Shown here piece after piece: positions 9,243 to 17,896 of a stretch of 64,000 nucleotides of DNA. A program made the translations under genes and the position numbers. Every line of letters starts with the position of its first letter. Positions within the stretch are counted from its first letter, which is position 1. The stretch spans positions 124,001 through 188,000 of the IMG/VR virus record IMGVR_UViG_3300044712_001255; one strand, 5' to 3'. The notes beneath the pieces were generated by a model, which was given only the letters and a program-made list of their open reading frames with translations, did not search any database and was not told where the DNA came from.

Positions 9243-9801
9243 ACAACACGTCATCTGCGTTGTAGGCCCAGATCGTATCGGTAAGACAACAATGGTGAAG
9301 TTGTTGTCGCATTGTTTGAACATCCCGTCATACAAGGCATCAAAGGAACAGAGTGATTTTCTAAATTCTCAAGACAAGTTCCTACAGCAACTACGACTTG
9401 CTGATCCGCGTCAGCTTGATTTGCTTGAACAGATCAAGTTTTCAATGATCATGGATCGTGGATGGGTATGCGAGTATCCCTATTCAAAGTTGTATGGTCG
9501 TAGCACTGACTTCAACCAATTGATGCAAAATGACGCGCGATACGCAGCGTTGGGTACAAAGATAGTGTTTTTGTATCGAACTTCGTACGCAGGACTTCAG
9601 GATGACTTGGATCCTACGCTTACTGACAAACGATTGCAGATCATCCATGATGGATACGAAGAATTCTTTCAAATTACGCGGTGTGAAGTTGTCAAACTTT
9701 GCGTAGATCCGCATGTTGGTGAAATGTACTATGATGAACAAGAAAAGCTCAACGAACTTATCAAGGCGTTGTTTCACACGGAGCTGATAAAAGGTGTCTG
9801 A
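9235..9801 (+). CDS. Deoxynucleoside monophosphate (thymidylate-like) kinase
   Basis: P-loop GPDRIGKTT near the N-terminus; MDRGWVCEYPY matches the dNMP-kinase DR motif. Confidence 0.7.
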   Translation: MFKQHVICVVGPDRIGKTTMVKLLSHCLNIPSYKASKEQSDFLNSQDKFLQQLRLADPRQLDLLEQIKFSMIMDRGWVCEYPYSKLYGRSTDFNQLMQNDARYAALGTKIVFLYRTSYAGLQDDLDPTLTDKRLQIIHDGYEEFFQITRCEVVKLCVDPHVGEMYYDEQEKLNELIKALFHTELIKGV

Positions 9802-10006
9802 CATCGTTCCGTTGAAAAAAGTGGACGTTGTCGTCCAGATTGCAAATGGCATAGAAACATTTCAAGCCGCAAAGCAGCTTGAAAAACTTGGTCTCGAAGT
9901 GACTCACGTTCTTGGGAACACGAGTACTGTGATTGGTAAATGCCTCGAAGAAGACGTTCTCAAATTACAATGTCATACTCGTGTTGCGAAGATTGAGATT
10001 GATTAA
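9794..10006 (+). CDS. Small ferredoxin-like-fold protein (peptidase inhibitor I9-like)
   Basis: VVVQI...QLEKLGLEV...VIG...L....V..IE pattern. Confidence 0.35.
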   Translation: MSDIVPLKKVDVVVQIANGIETFQAAKQLEKLGLEVTHVLGNTSTVIGKCLEEDVLKLQCHTRVAKIEID

Positions 10007-10257
10007 TCTTCGTTTGCAATCCAATTGCTTGACCCGATGACGTTATCAGGCGCTCTTTCACCAATTGCAATTGTTCTGCTACGATCGTCTTCGTTAATCC
10101 ACAGAATGTTTCCTTCTGTCTCGGCTACCACCATACGACGGTCTGTTTGATCGAATAACGCACGCATTTGTCGACAGATCTCATCAACGTCTGTGCTTTC
10201 TAGCGTGATGCAATCTGGTACGTCCTTTAGTAGGTTGTACTTGACTTTGACTTTCAT
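10003..10257 (-). CDS. Hypothetical protein; one of only two convincing minus-strand genes
   Basis: 84-aa ORF filling a gap with no + strand gene; convergent 4-nt stop overlap with 9794-10006. Confidence 0.65.
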   Translation of the reverse strand: MKVKVKYNLLKDVPDCITLESTDVDEICRQMRALFDQTDRRMVVAETEGNILWINEDDRSRTIAIGERAPDNVIGSSNWIANED

Positions 10258-10479
10258 GAGATATCATCTACGTATTTTATAGGCGGTGCCATTAGAATCA
10301 GCTACCCAAAAACATTTTGTAAGCATTACGGCGATGAATTGCCGTAGGGACGACGTGCTTCTCATACATTGTAAGTATGTGATACGTCTTGTTGATGTTG
10401 TACGAATAACACCAAGAGTTAGAAAAATATGGCAATTATGTTGTTGACGCCACATATAACAACTGTGATAATCAGAGAA

Positions 10480-10788
10480 ATGATGCATGAAAATCGCAGC
10501 ACGGCAGAATATGATCGTTACACGATGGAAAATATGAGAGAGTTCGTTGACCTCTTGATGAACGCGCCAGATAATCTTCTTGACGCTTCATTGAAACCAA
10601 AGATTGGTGCGTGGTCAGAACCACCTACGTCGCTCCAAATCTTGGAAGTGTTGGATTTTGCAATTCGCGGCGCGTTGGCAAGCAGCGTCGTGGTATCTGT
10701 GCTGGAGTCTGTCTATTCTCAGCGTCTCGATGAAGAGAAGACGACTCATGAAGAAGTAGTGAAGAATGCAATGTGGAGAAATCAATGA
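10480..10788 (+). CDS. Hypothetical protein
   Basis: Stop overlaps the ATG of the next vWA gene. Confidence 0.55.
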   Translation: MMHENRSTAEYDRYTMENMREFVDLLMNAPDNLLDASLKPKIGAWSEPPTSLQILEVLDFAIRGALASSVVVSVLESVYSQRLDEEKTTHEEVVKNAMWRNQ

Positions 10789-11459
10789 CTGATAAGAATT
10801 TGACTGAGATTGTGGCTATTCTTGATCGATCCGGGTCTATGTTGGACCTGCGTGCCGATACGATTGGCGGATTCAATAGCTTCGTTGCAGAACAGCGCAA
10901 GGCTGCTGGAATTGCCAAGTTGACATTGGTGCAGTTTGATGACAAGTATCAGACTGACTATGAAGGCGTTGACATCACGGCGTCTCCATTGCTTACCGAA
11001 GAGACGTATGTTCCTCGAGGAAATACGGCACTATTTGATGCAGTTGGGTTGACTATTGCGTCTGTGGGAGAACGTCTTGCGAAGCTTGATGAGTCTCAAA
11101 GGCCGGGACAAGTAATTTTTCTGATCATCACTGATGGGCAGGAGAATGCCTCACGACTGTACAGTTCTGAGAAAGTTCAAGAGATGGTGAAGCATCAAAC
11201 GGAAGTCTATAACTGGACGTTCGTTTTCATGGGTGGTGGAGATCTGACCACGCAGACTGCGCAATCTATCGCGATGGGCATCCCTCAGACGAACTCTTAC
11301 AACTACGGTAATAACGCAGTTGGTACAAGAGCCCTGTATACCACGCTCACGAAGGGCGTATCTAAGCGCCGTGAGGAGCTCACCAGGGGTGTCATTCTGG
11401 GCGCGTGCGATGCAATGCTAGATGCAGATGACAAGGCTGAGCTCCTGAAGAGCAAGTGA
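10785..11459 (+). CDS. vWA domain protein (phage type)
   Basis: ILDRSGSM, RGNTALFDA, ITDGQENAS. Confidence 0.85.
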   Translation: MTDKNLTEIVAILDRSGSMLDLRADTIGGFNSFVAEQRKAAGIAKLTLVQFDDKYQTDYEGVDITASPLLTEETYVPRGNTALFDAVGLTIASVGERLAKLDESQRPGQVIFLIITDGQENASRLYSSEKVQEMVKHQTEVYNWTFVFMGGGDLTTQTAQSIAMGIPQTNSYNYGNNAVGTRALYTTLTKGVSKRREELTRGVILGACDAMLDADDKAELLKSK

Positions 11460-12310
11460 GGTTGAATATGAATGTGCGCCTAATTGCATTGGGTACTGGT
11501 TCTGCATTTTCAATGAAGAATTGGCAGACGAATTTCCTGCTCGAGGTGATTGAAGCTGACGGCACTACACGTAGGTTACTGATCGATTGTGGCAGTGACG
11601 TACGATTCTCGCTGCGGGACGTTGGACTGTCATACCTCGATATTGACGCAGTGTATGTTTCTCATGCGCACGCAGACCACGTCGGTGGTATGGAATACAT
11701 CGGTTTCTGCTCTTACTTTGACAGGAGATATGTTGATCGTCGAATTGGCACAAGGGACGCGCAAACGAAGCCCACCTTGTTCTGTGAGCGTAATCTTCTG
11801 CGTACGCTGTGGGATTACTCGCTTCGTGGTGGAATGGAAGGTTTAGAGGGCGTAGACGCTACAATCTCTACGTTCTTCAACCCAAAGCCTGTTGAACGCA
11901 ACAAATCATTCACCTTTGCGGGTGTTGATTTTGACATTGTGCAAAGCGTACACGTCTCAGCGAAATACTGCATTGTGGATTCATTTGGTCTGATGTTCAC
12001 CGATCCAGTGAACACCAAGCGTGTCTACATTACAACTGACGTACAGTTTGCGCCTGAAACCAGCATGATGGCGTATTACAAGGAAGCAAATGTCATCATT
12101 CATGATTGTGAAACAGCAGGATTCAAGAGTGGTGTTCATGCGCACTACGATAACCTGAAGACTCTGAAACCAGAGATCAAGAAGAAGATGCGTCTAATTC
12201 ACTATCAGGATAATGTCATTGACAATTGGGATGAGTGGAGTAAAAAGGCACTCGACGATGAGTTCCATGGGTTTACGCAAAAGGGACTGATTTACTCGAG
12301 CGAGGAATAA
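11456..12310 (+). CDS. Metallo-beta-lactamase-fold phosphodiesterase, Apyc1 (anti-Pycsar)-like
   Basis: GTGSAFS, LLIDCG, SHAHADHVGGME, LWDYSLRGG, HV, TTD, HDC, GVHAHY, HYQDN. Confidence 0.75.
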   Translation: MRLNMNVRLIALGTGSAFSMKNWQTNFLLEVIEADGTTRRLLIDCGSDVRFSLRDVGLSYLDIDAVYVSHAHADHVGGMEYIGFCSYFDRRYVDRRIGTRDAQTKPTLFCERNLLRTLWDYSLRGGMEGLEGVDATISTFFNPKPVERNKSFTFAGVDFDIVQSVHVSAKYCIVDSFGLMFTDPVNTKRVYITTDVQFAPETSMMAYYKEANVIIHDCETAGFKSGVHAHYDNLKTLKPEIKKKMRLIHYQDNVIDNWDEWSKKALDDEFHGFTQKGLIYSSEE

Positions 12311-12313
12311 AGA

Positions 12314-13603
12314 ATGAAGAGATTGTTGATTGAGACACAGTTGAGCAATTACGATACCAAGGGTAAGTTCATCCTCGAGTGCGACTCAGGCTGGCAAATG
12401 TGTCTTGGACGAGTTCGAGAAATGTTAAAGTTGAATCCACAACTTTACATTGACGTATTGGGTCCCGACCTAACGCAGTGCCGCACATTGCCACATGAAG
12501 TCAATCAAGATATTTTTGGCGATAGGGTACGTTACATACCCATGAATATCATTCCAAATGCGTTGGCAACTCGATATGATTTTGACTTTGAAGGTATTGC
12601 AAAGGTGTTGAACCTTGGGTCTGACAATGATCCCAAGTACACGCATGTCTACATCAATGACCCAATGTTGTTACGGAACTATCGAGCATTGTTCTTGCTG
12701 AAGGCGAAGTACAAGCCGTTCTTTGCCGTTCACTCACACTTCGTGGATGTGCCTGAGTGTCCCAAGTTCCCAACAGAGGCCTCACTGTGGTTGGGCCAAT
12801 GTGAAGCTGCAATTAAGGCAGACTTCAACTTTTGGCAGTGCGAGTCTGCAATGTTGCAGTTCTTTGAGTCCATGAGCAACACGTATCGGTCAGATGTTGT
12901 CAAGGCGGTTAGAGATAAGTCGTTGCCATGGGATGACGGGTATTCAAGTGCAGAGATGCATCAACCTGTGAATTACGCAAATGTTCGCTTTAATGTTGAG
13001 CAACTACGGCGTGACATTAAGGATAAGACACTTGTGTTTGTTCCCAATCGAGTAGGTGGTCGTGGTAGAAGCAGCGATTACACAAATTGTGGTAAATTTC
13101 TTTTTGATGTTGTGCCTGAGATTTGGAAGAAGCGGCGTGACTTTACAATCATCGCAGGCAATCCAAATCAGAAGTTCAACAATGATGAGCTTGTCGAACT
13201 GTGTCCAGCAGTGATGAAGGTTGTACCTGATGCATTGAATCGCGATGAGTACAAGGTAATCGCGAAGATGCACGATATAAGCGTAGGACTCTTCAATGTT
13301 GATACCTTTGGTGGGACATCGTCTAGGGAATTATTGGATATTGGTAGCATCCCATTTTGGGTTGATAACTACGAGTACTCCTCAATCGCCAAGACGGTCA
13401 ATTGGCCGAATGATTTAATGACATTGTCAGATCTCAGCGACATCGCAGTGAAATTTGAAACATTGTTGGATTGGTATCAACAAACTCAACAATTTGATTT
13501 TACGCTTTCACAATGGCATGAAAAATTTCGTGACGTTGTTCGTAAACGATGCTCTTATGAGATTACGACCAAAGAAGCAATGAAAATAATGAATTTACTA
13601 TGA
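12314..13603 (+). CDS. GT-B glycosyltransferase, candidate DNA glycosyltransferase
   Basis: Two-domain size; C-terminal DTFGGTSSRELLDIG resembles the GT-B E-x7-E signature; lies next to the epimerase. Confidence 0.6.
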   Translation: MKRLLIETQLSNYDTKGKFILECDSGWQMCLGRVREMLKLNPQLYIDVLGPDLTQCRTLPHEVNQDIFGDRVRYIPMNIIPNALATRYDFDFEGIAKVLNLGSDNDPKYTHVYINDPMLLRNYRALFLLKAKYKPFFAVHSHFVDVPECPKFPTEASLWLGQCEAAIKADFNFWQCESAMLQFFESMSNTYRSDVVKAVRDKSLPWDDGYSSAEMHQPVNYANVRFNVEQLRRDIKDKTLVFVPNRVGGRGRSSDYTNCGKFLFDVVPEIWKKRRDFTIIAGNPNQKFNNDELVELCPAVMKVVPDALNRDEYKVIAKMHDISVGLFNVDTFGGTSSRELLDIGSIPFWVDNYEYSSIAKTVNWPNDLMTLSDLSDIAVKFETLLDWYQQTQQFDFTLSQWHEKFRDVVRKRCSYEITTKEAMKIMNLL

Positions 13604-14625
13604 TTCTTGAAATCATTGAAAGATGGGTAAAAACGTCTCGCTACAAATACAAAGGCAAACGTATTTTAACGGCCTTGTATAAATGTGATGCGTGTGGAAA
13701 AATTGAAGAATTGCCTTATCGCAAAGGACGTGAAAAACATCTTCGTGTTTGTTCACCTGAGTGTGATTCTCAATTGAGAAGTCGTGGTGGTAAACTTTAC
13801 AATAACATCACATCAACAAATGTTGATAAATACGGTGAAATTTTTGCTTCAAAGACGAATCTCTGTAAAGAGAAACAACGCCAAACAAACATCGAACGAT
13901 ATGGATGTGAATCTACATCGCAAAACATAGAGGTCCAGAAAAAGAGACATTCGACGTGCATGAAACGTTATGGCGGTCCTGCCCCCACTAGTGATCCAAG
14001 GGTAAGAGAAAAGGTTCGTGCAACTTGCATTCGTAAATTTGGTGGAGGTCATTTATTGGATCCTGAACTTCGTAGACGGTTTAATAATACGATGCGATCA
14101 AAGTATGGTTGTGATTGGGCGGTACAAAACAAAGAAATACGTGCAAAACAGTATCTTACAAATATCAAACGTTATGGCGTAATAGATCCTAGACATTCTG
14201 TAGAATCAAAGAGAAAGTGTGCTTCATTAGAAGTTGCTCAAAAACGTCATGAAACTATGAAACGCAATAAATCATACGGCAAATCAAAGCCTGAAGATCG
14301 ACTCTACGAAGTGCTTTGTGAAATCTTTGGTGTGGATGATGTGGAACGTCAGAAGACAGTGGAACGTTGGCCTATCGATTTCTACGTTAAGAGCATTGAT
14401 ACGTACGTGCAATACGACAGTTACTGGCATGGCGTAGGAAGAGACATTAATGAAATCGCAGAATACAAGAACAAACGTGATGTCATGATTCACAAGAAAA
14501 TGTTGACAGACATCAAACAAAACGCGTATTTTCTAGAACATCGTTTGAAACTCGTAAGAGTGTTGGGATTACAAATACGTGAAATTACTGTTGATTCAAT
14601 TAAAACACTGATGGGGTTGCTGTGA
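13600..14625 (+). mobile_element. Putative free-standing homing endonuclease (Zn finger + KYG repeats + Vsr-like PD-(D/E)xK domain)
   Basis: CDAC..C.C, repeated (K/R)YG units, WPIDFYVKSIDTYVQYDSYWH; AT-richer than flanks; paralogue at 36254. Confidence 0.65.
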
Positions 14626-14783
14626 CAGACGAAGAAATACAAGCAGACATCGATTATTTTACCAAGTGTTTGATTGATAACTTGAAGATTCCTAAGGAGT
14701 TTTTAGGCCACATCAAAGAGACACCCAATCCTCTTACAATTGAGGAAGACTTTGTGTTAGAGACCAAGGAGAAAAAAGAATGA
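14622..14783 (+). CDS. 53-aa ORF missing from the ORF track; resembles a portal-protein segment
   Basis: GTG 14622 to TGA 14783 with GTGA/ATGA overlaps on both sides; MTDEEIQADIDYFTKCLIDNLKIPKEFLGH... Confidence 0.55.
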   Translation: MTDEEIQADIDYFTKCLIDNLKIPKEFLGHIKETPNPLTIEEDFVLETKEKKE

Positions 14784-15736
14784 CAACTCGTGTGCTTATC
14801 ACAGGCGGTGCAGGTTTCATCGGTAGTAATCTCGCAAAGCGATGTGTAGATGAAGGATTTGAAGTCACCATTGTCGATGATATGTCGAATGGTCACGAAG
14901 AGTTTGTGCCAAAGGGCGTCAAACAGTTCTATAAGTGTGATTTCACTGCGCCTGCAGTGATGATAGACATTGCATTACAAAAATTTGATCTTGTGTTTCA
15001 CGTCGCTGCGCTCCCTCGAGTGAGCTACTCAGTTGAGCATCCCATAGAGACAAATGACGTCAATGTGACGAAGTCTCTTAGATTGATCAATGCATGTCGC
15101 GGTAATGTGAAGCGAATTGTTTTTTCAAGTTCATCTTCAGTGTACGGCGGCGCAGATGAGTTGCCTACACATGAGTCTGCCCCATTTCGTCCCAAGTCTC
15201 CCTATGCTCTGCAGAAGGCAATCATTGAGCAGTACCTCAGGCTCTACAACGAGACGTATGAGTTGGAGTCGTGTTGCCTGCGTTACTTCAATGTATTTGG
15301 GAAAAATCAATTAGGATCTTCGCCATACGCAACAGCTGTTTCTGCGTGGCTCACGGCTATCAAGCAAGGCAAGCCTATGCGTTCGGACGGTGATGGCACA
15401 CAGAGCCGAGATATGTGTCATGTAGACAATGTTGTTGAAGCCAATGTCCTAGCTGCAAAGTCGACTAAGGACCTACGAGGTCGTGCGTACAATGTCGCAT
15501 GCGGTGACAGGACAACCAACAATCAGATCCTTGAATATCTGAAGATGAGATATCCAGCAGCCACGAGCTACAACGCGCCTTACAGGGTGGGTGATGTGAT
15601 GCATACCCAGGCCGATATCTCTCGTATCAAAGAAGAATTGGGATACGAGGTACAGGTAAGATTCTTTGATGGCCTTGAGAGGACCATTGAATGGTATGAG
15701 ACGTCTGAGCTTGCGAAGTTAGCGTTGAAGGTGTGA
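14780..15736 (+). CDS. NAD-dependent NDP-sugar epimerase/dehydratase (extended SDR)
   Basis: TGGAGFIGS, SSSSVYG, YALQK (YxxxK), RYFNVFG. Confidence 0.92.
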   Translation: MTTRVLITGGAGFIGSNLAKRCVDEGFEVTIVDDMSNGHEEFVPKGVKQFYKCDFTAPAVMIDIALQKFDLVFHVAALPRVSYSVEHPIETNDVNVTKSLRLINACRGNVKRIVFSSSSSVYGGADELPTHESAPFRPKSPYALQKAIIEQYLRLYNETYELESCCLRYFNVFGKNQLGSSPYATAVSAWLTAIKQGKPMRSDGDGTQSRDMCHVDNVVEANVLAAKSTKDLRGRAYNVACGDRTTNNQILEYLKMRYPAATSYNAPYRVGDVMHTQADISRIKEELGYEVQVRFFDGLERTIEWYETSELAKLALKV

Positions 15737-15737
15737 A

Positions 15738-16286
15738 ATGACTTGTATTATCGGAATTGAACACAATGGGCGTTGTTACGTCGGTGGCGATTCAGCAGGA
15801 ATTTCAAATTATGACGTCACCATCAGGCGTGATGAGAAGGTGTTCACGAACGGCGAATTCGTAATAGGATTTACGTCATCGTTCAGAATGGGCCAAATCC
15901 TACGTTACAGGTTTGATCCACCAAAGCATCATCCCGACCAAGACGTTATGGAATACATGGTTGTCAATTTCATAGATGCTGTGAGGGAAACATTCAAGGC
16001 ATCAGGGTGGACTCCACAAGAAGATACATCAAAGGGTATTGAATGTAGCGGTACGTTCATAGTCGGCTATAAAGGGCGCATTTTTGAGATTGAAGGTGAT
16101 CTTCAGGTATCATCTCCTTCATGTGGAATTGCAACTTGTGGATGTGGCTATGCGCTTGCCCTTGGAGCAATGGACGCATTGTCAGAATACGAACATGACG
16201 TTGAAAACCGTATCAAAAAAGCATTGTCAATTGTGGCAAAGCGAAATTGCGGCGTGCATGCGCCGTTCATCGTAAAGAGCGTGTAG
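15738..16286 (+). CDS. Ntn-hydrolase, HslV/proteasome-beta-like protease 1
   Basis: N-terminal MTCIIG, GDS, K at about position 33, CGCG in the GSG position. Confidence 0.7.
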   Translation: MTCIIGIEHNGRCYVGGDSAGISNYDVTIRRDEKVFTNGEFVIGFTSSFRMGQILRYRFDPPKHHPDQDVMEYMVVNFIDAVRETFKASGWTPQEDTSKGIECSGTFIVGYKGRIFEIEGDLQVSSPSCGIATCGCGYALALGAMDALSEYEHDVENRIKKALSIVAKRNCGVHAPFIVKSV

Positions 16287-16314
16287 TTGTTACAATAGCA
16301 AACAAGGAGAGAAA

Positions 16315-16860
16315 ATGACGTGCATTGTTGGTGTTGTGTATGGAAAGAACGTTTGGCTCGGCGGCGATAGGGCTGCGACGTCTGGTAATCTCAATAGGAC
16401 AATCATCAAAGATCCAAAGGTGTTCGTGAAAGAGAACATTGGATTTGGTGTGTGCGGATTGCCAAAGGTGATGGACACACTGCAATATCACATTGAGATT
16501 CCTGTGTACAATGGCGAAAACGTAAAGACGTATCTTGTGTCATCTGTCATTCCTGCAATTCGCAGTGGGCTCAAGGCGATGGACTGTACGGTTCACCACG
16601 AAGGACAAGATTATTTTGAGGGAGCGATGTTGGTCGCTTTCAATGGTCGTCTCTTTGAACTCGAAGCAAATTTCCAGCTTGTAGAATCAAGCAAGGGGTT
16701 CAATGCAGTTGGATCCGGTGCTGAACCCGCATTGGGGTCGCTAAGGGCAACAAAGGGCAATCCACGAACTCGTCTGCTTCAGGCTTTGCAAACGTCTGCC
16801 GAGAACAATGCAGGCGTGGCTCCACCTTTTGATGTGATTGAGATCAAGCGACAGAAATAA
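16315..16860 (+). CDS. Ntn-hydrolase, HslV/proteasome-beta-like protease 2
   Basis: MTCIVG, GDR, PKVF, AVGSG. Confidence 0.75.
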   Translation: MTCIVGVVYGKNVWLGGDRAATSGNLNRTIIKDPKVFVKENIGFGVCGLPKVMDTLQYHIEIPVYNGENVKTYLVSSVIPAIRSGLKAMDCTVHHEGQDYFEGAMLVAFNGRLFELEANFQLVESSKGFNAVGSGAEPALGSLRATKGNPRTRLLQALQTSAENNAGVAPPFDVIEIKRQK

Positions 16861-16863
16861 GCG

Positions 16864-17118
16864 ATGTCGCCGGGTGACATTATTGAGTGGGTGTACAAAT
16901 CGAACAATAAAGTTGTTGACACGAATGAACATCTTTGGTCACATACAATGACACGATGGGTACCCATCGGGTGCCCTGCTCTTCTCATTCATATAGATGA
17001 TTATGTATATACATGGCTCAACCAGAAAGGGTTGTTCCATGCACGCGTAGGTGATACGTGGGTCTTGGAGACGGTGATGAGGCGCACCGTCTCGGTTGTT
17101 CCACACACACGTGGGTGA
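16864..17118 (+). CDS. PGDMIEW-family small protein, copy 3
   Basis: Paralogue of 390-656; stop TGA lies inside the second repeat. Confidence 0.8.
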   Translation: MSPGDIIEWVYKSNNKVVDTNEHLWSHTMTRWVPIGCPALLIHIDDYVYTWLNQKGLFHARVGDTWVLETVMRRTVSVVPHTRG

Positions 17119-17122
17119 CACC
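17031..17122 (+). CRISPR. Mini-array-like unit 3: repeat-36 nt spacer-repeat
   Basis: R1 17031-17058 GTTGTTCCATGCACGCGTAGGTGATACG; R2 17095-17122 GTTGTTCCACACACACGTGGGTGACACC (22/28 identical); period 64. Confidence 0.65.
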
Positions 17123-17169
17123 GCCTATTCTCTATCTGAAGCACAACCTGTTATCGTGGAGTTTGAAGT

Positions 17170-17439
17170 ATGTTGCCCGGAGACATGATCGAGTGGGTAT
17201 ACGTAGACACCGGTGATGTTGTTGACATAAATGAAAAGTTGTGGTCATGCACAATGTCTACATGGGCGCCTGTTGGGCGCCCTTCACTTCTCATATCAAT
17301 AGATGAAAAGATATATTCTTGGTTGACATCCATTGGCATATTTCATGCACTTATGAGTGACGTGTACTCAGAAGGTGTATGTACAGAATCTTCGTGTCAC
17401 ATTTACCCACGAAAAATAGAGGCGCGCTTTAATACATAA
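17170..17439 (+). CDS. PGDMIEW-family small protein, copy 4 (most diverged)
   Basis: PGDMIEWVY...GIFHALMSD; repeat remnants at 17337 and 17401 (period 64). Confidence 0.75.
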   Translation: MLPGDMIEWVYVDTGDVVDINEKLWSCTMSTWAPVGRPSLLISIDEKIYSWLTSIGIFHALMSDVYSEGVCTESSCHIYPRKIEARFNT

Positions 17440-17443
17440 TCAT

Positions 17444-17842
17444 ATGAAAATGTCGCTTGGACAATTACGTCTTTTGATCATGGAGGCGGTCGAAGAAGGA
17501 GACGATGATAATGTTCATCAAGGACGTATTTTACTTGGAGAACCTGAAAAATTGCCTTTCAATATGAAAGACAACGAATTGAAACGATACGTACTTGACA
17601 AGTATGATCAAAAAACGGTAGTAGTAGCTGCGCCAGTTGGTCAAGGATCATCAAAAAAGGTTCGAGCGTGGGTTGATGATGTAGAAATTAGCTACATGCC
17701 AACAGACTTGGACTACGAAACAATGCGACCCAAAAATACTAGGGTTGTTTTTCTATTGTCTAATGGTCTCAATAAGAAAGAGGGCGGCGTCTACCTAGAT
17801 GGGAATTCAACGATTCAAATTTTAGCAAAGAAATCTAAATAA
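17444..17842 (+). CDS. Hypothetical, probable late/virion protein
   Basis: LRLLIMEAVEE motif; ATACATA 5 nt upstream. Confidence 0.55.
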   Translation: MKMSLGQLRLLIMEAVEEGDDDNVHQGRILLGEPEKLPFNMKDNELKRYVLDKYDQKTVVVAAPVGQGSSKKVRAWVDDVEISYMPTDLDYETMRPKNTRVVFLLSNGLNKKEGGVYLDGNSTIQILAKKSK

Positions 17843-17896
17843 ATAAGCAAGCTATTACGTTAGTAAAGCCAAGAACTATGTGATAGTATCCTCCAT

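Noticed and set aside
569-17122. A complete phage CRISPR-Cas system
   Set aside because: No cas gene is recognisable and each unit has only one spacer; spacer matches inside the window were looked for by eye and not found.
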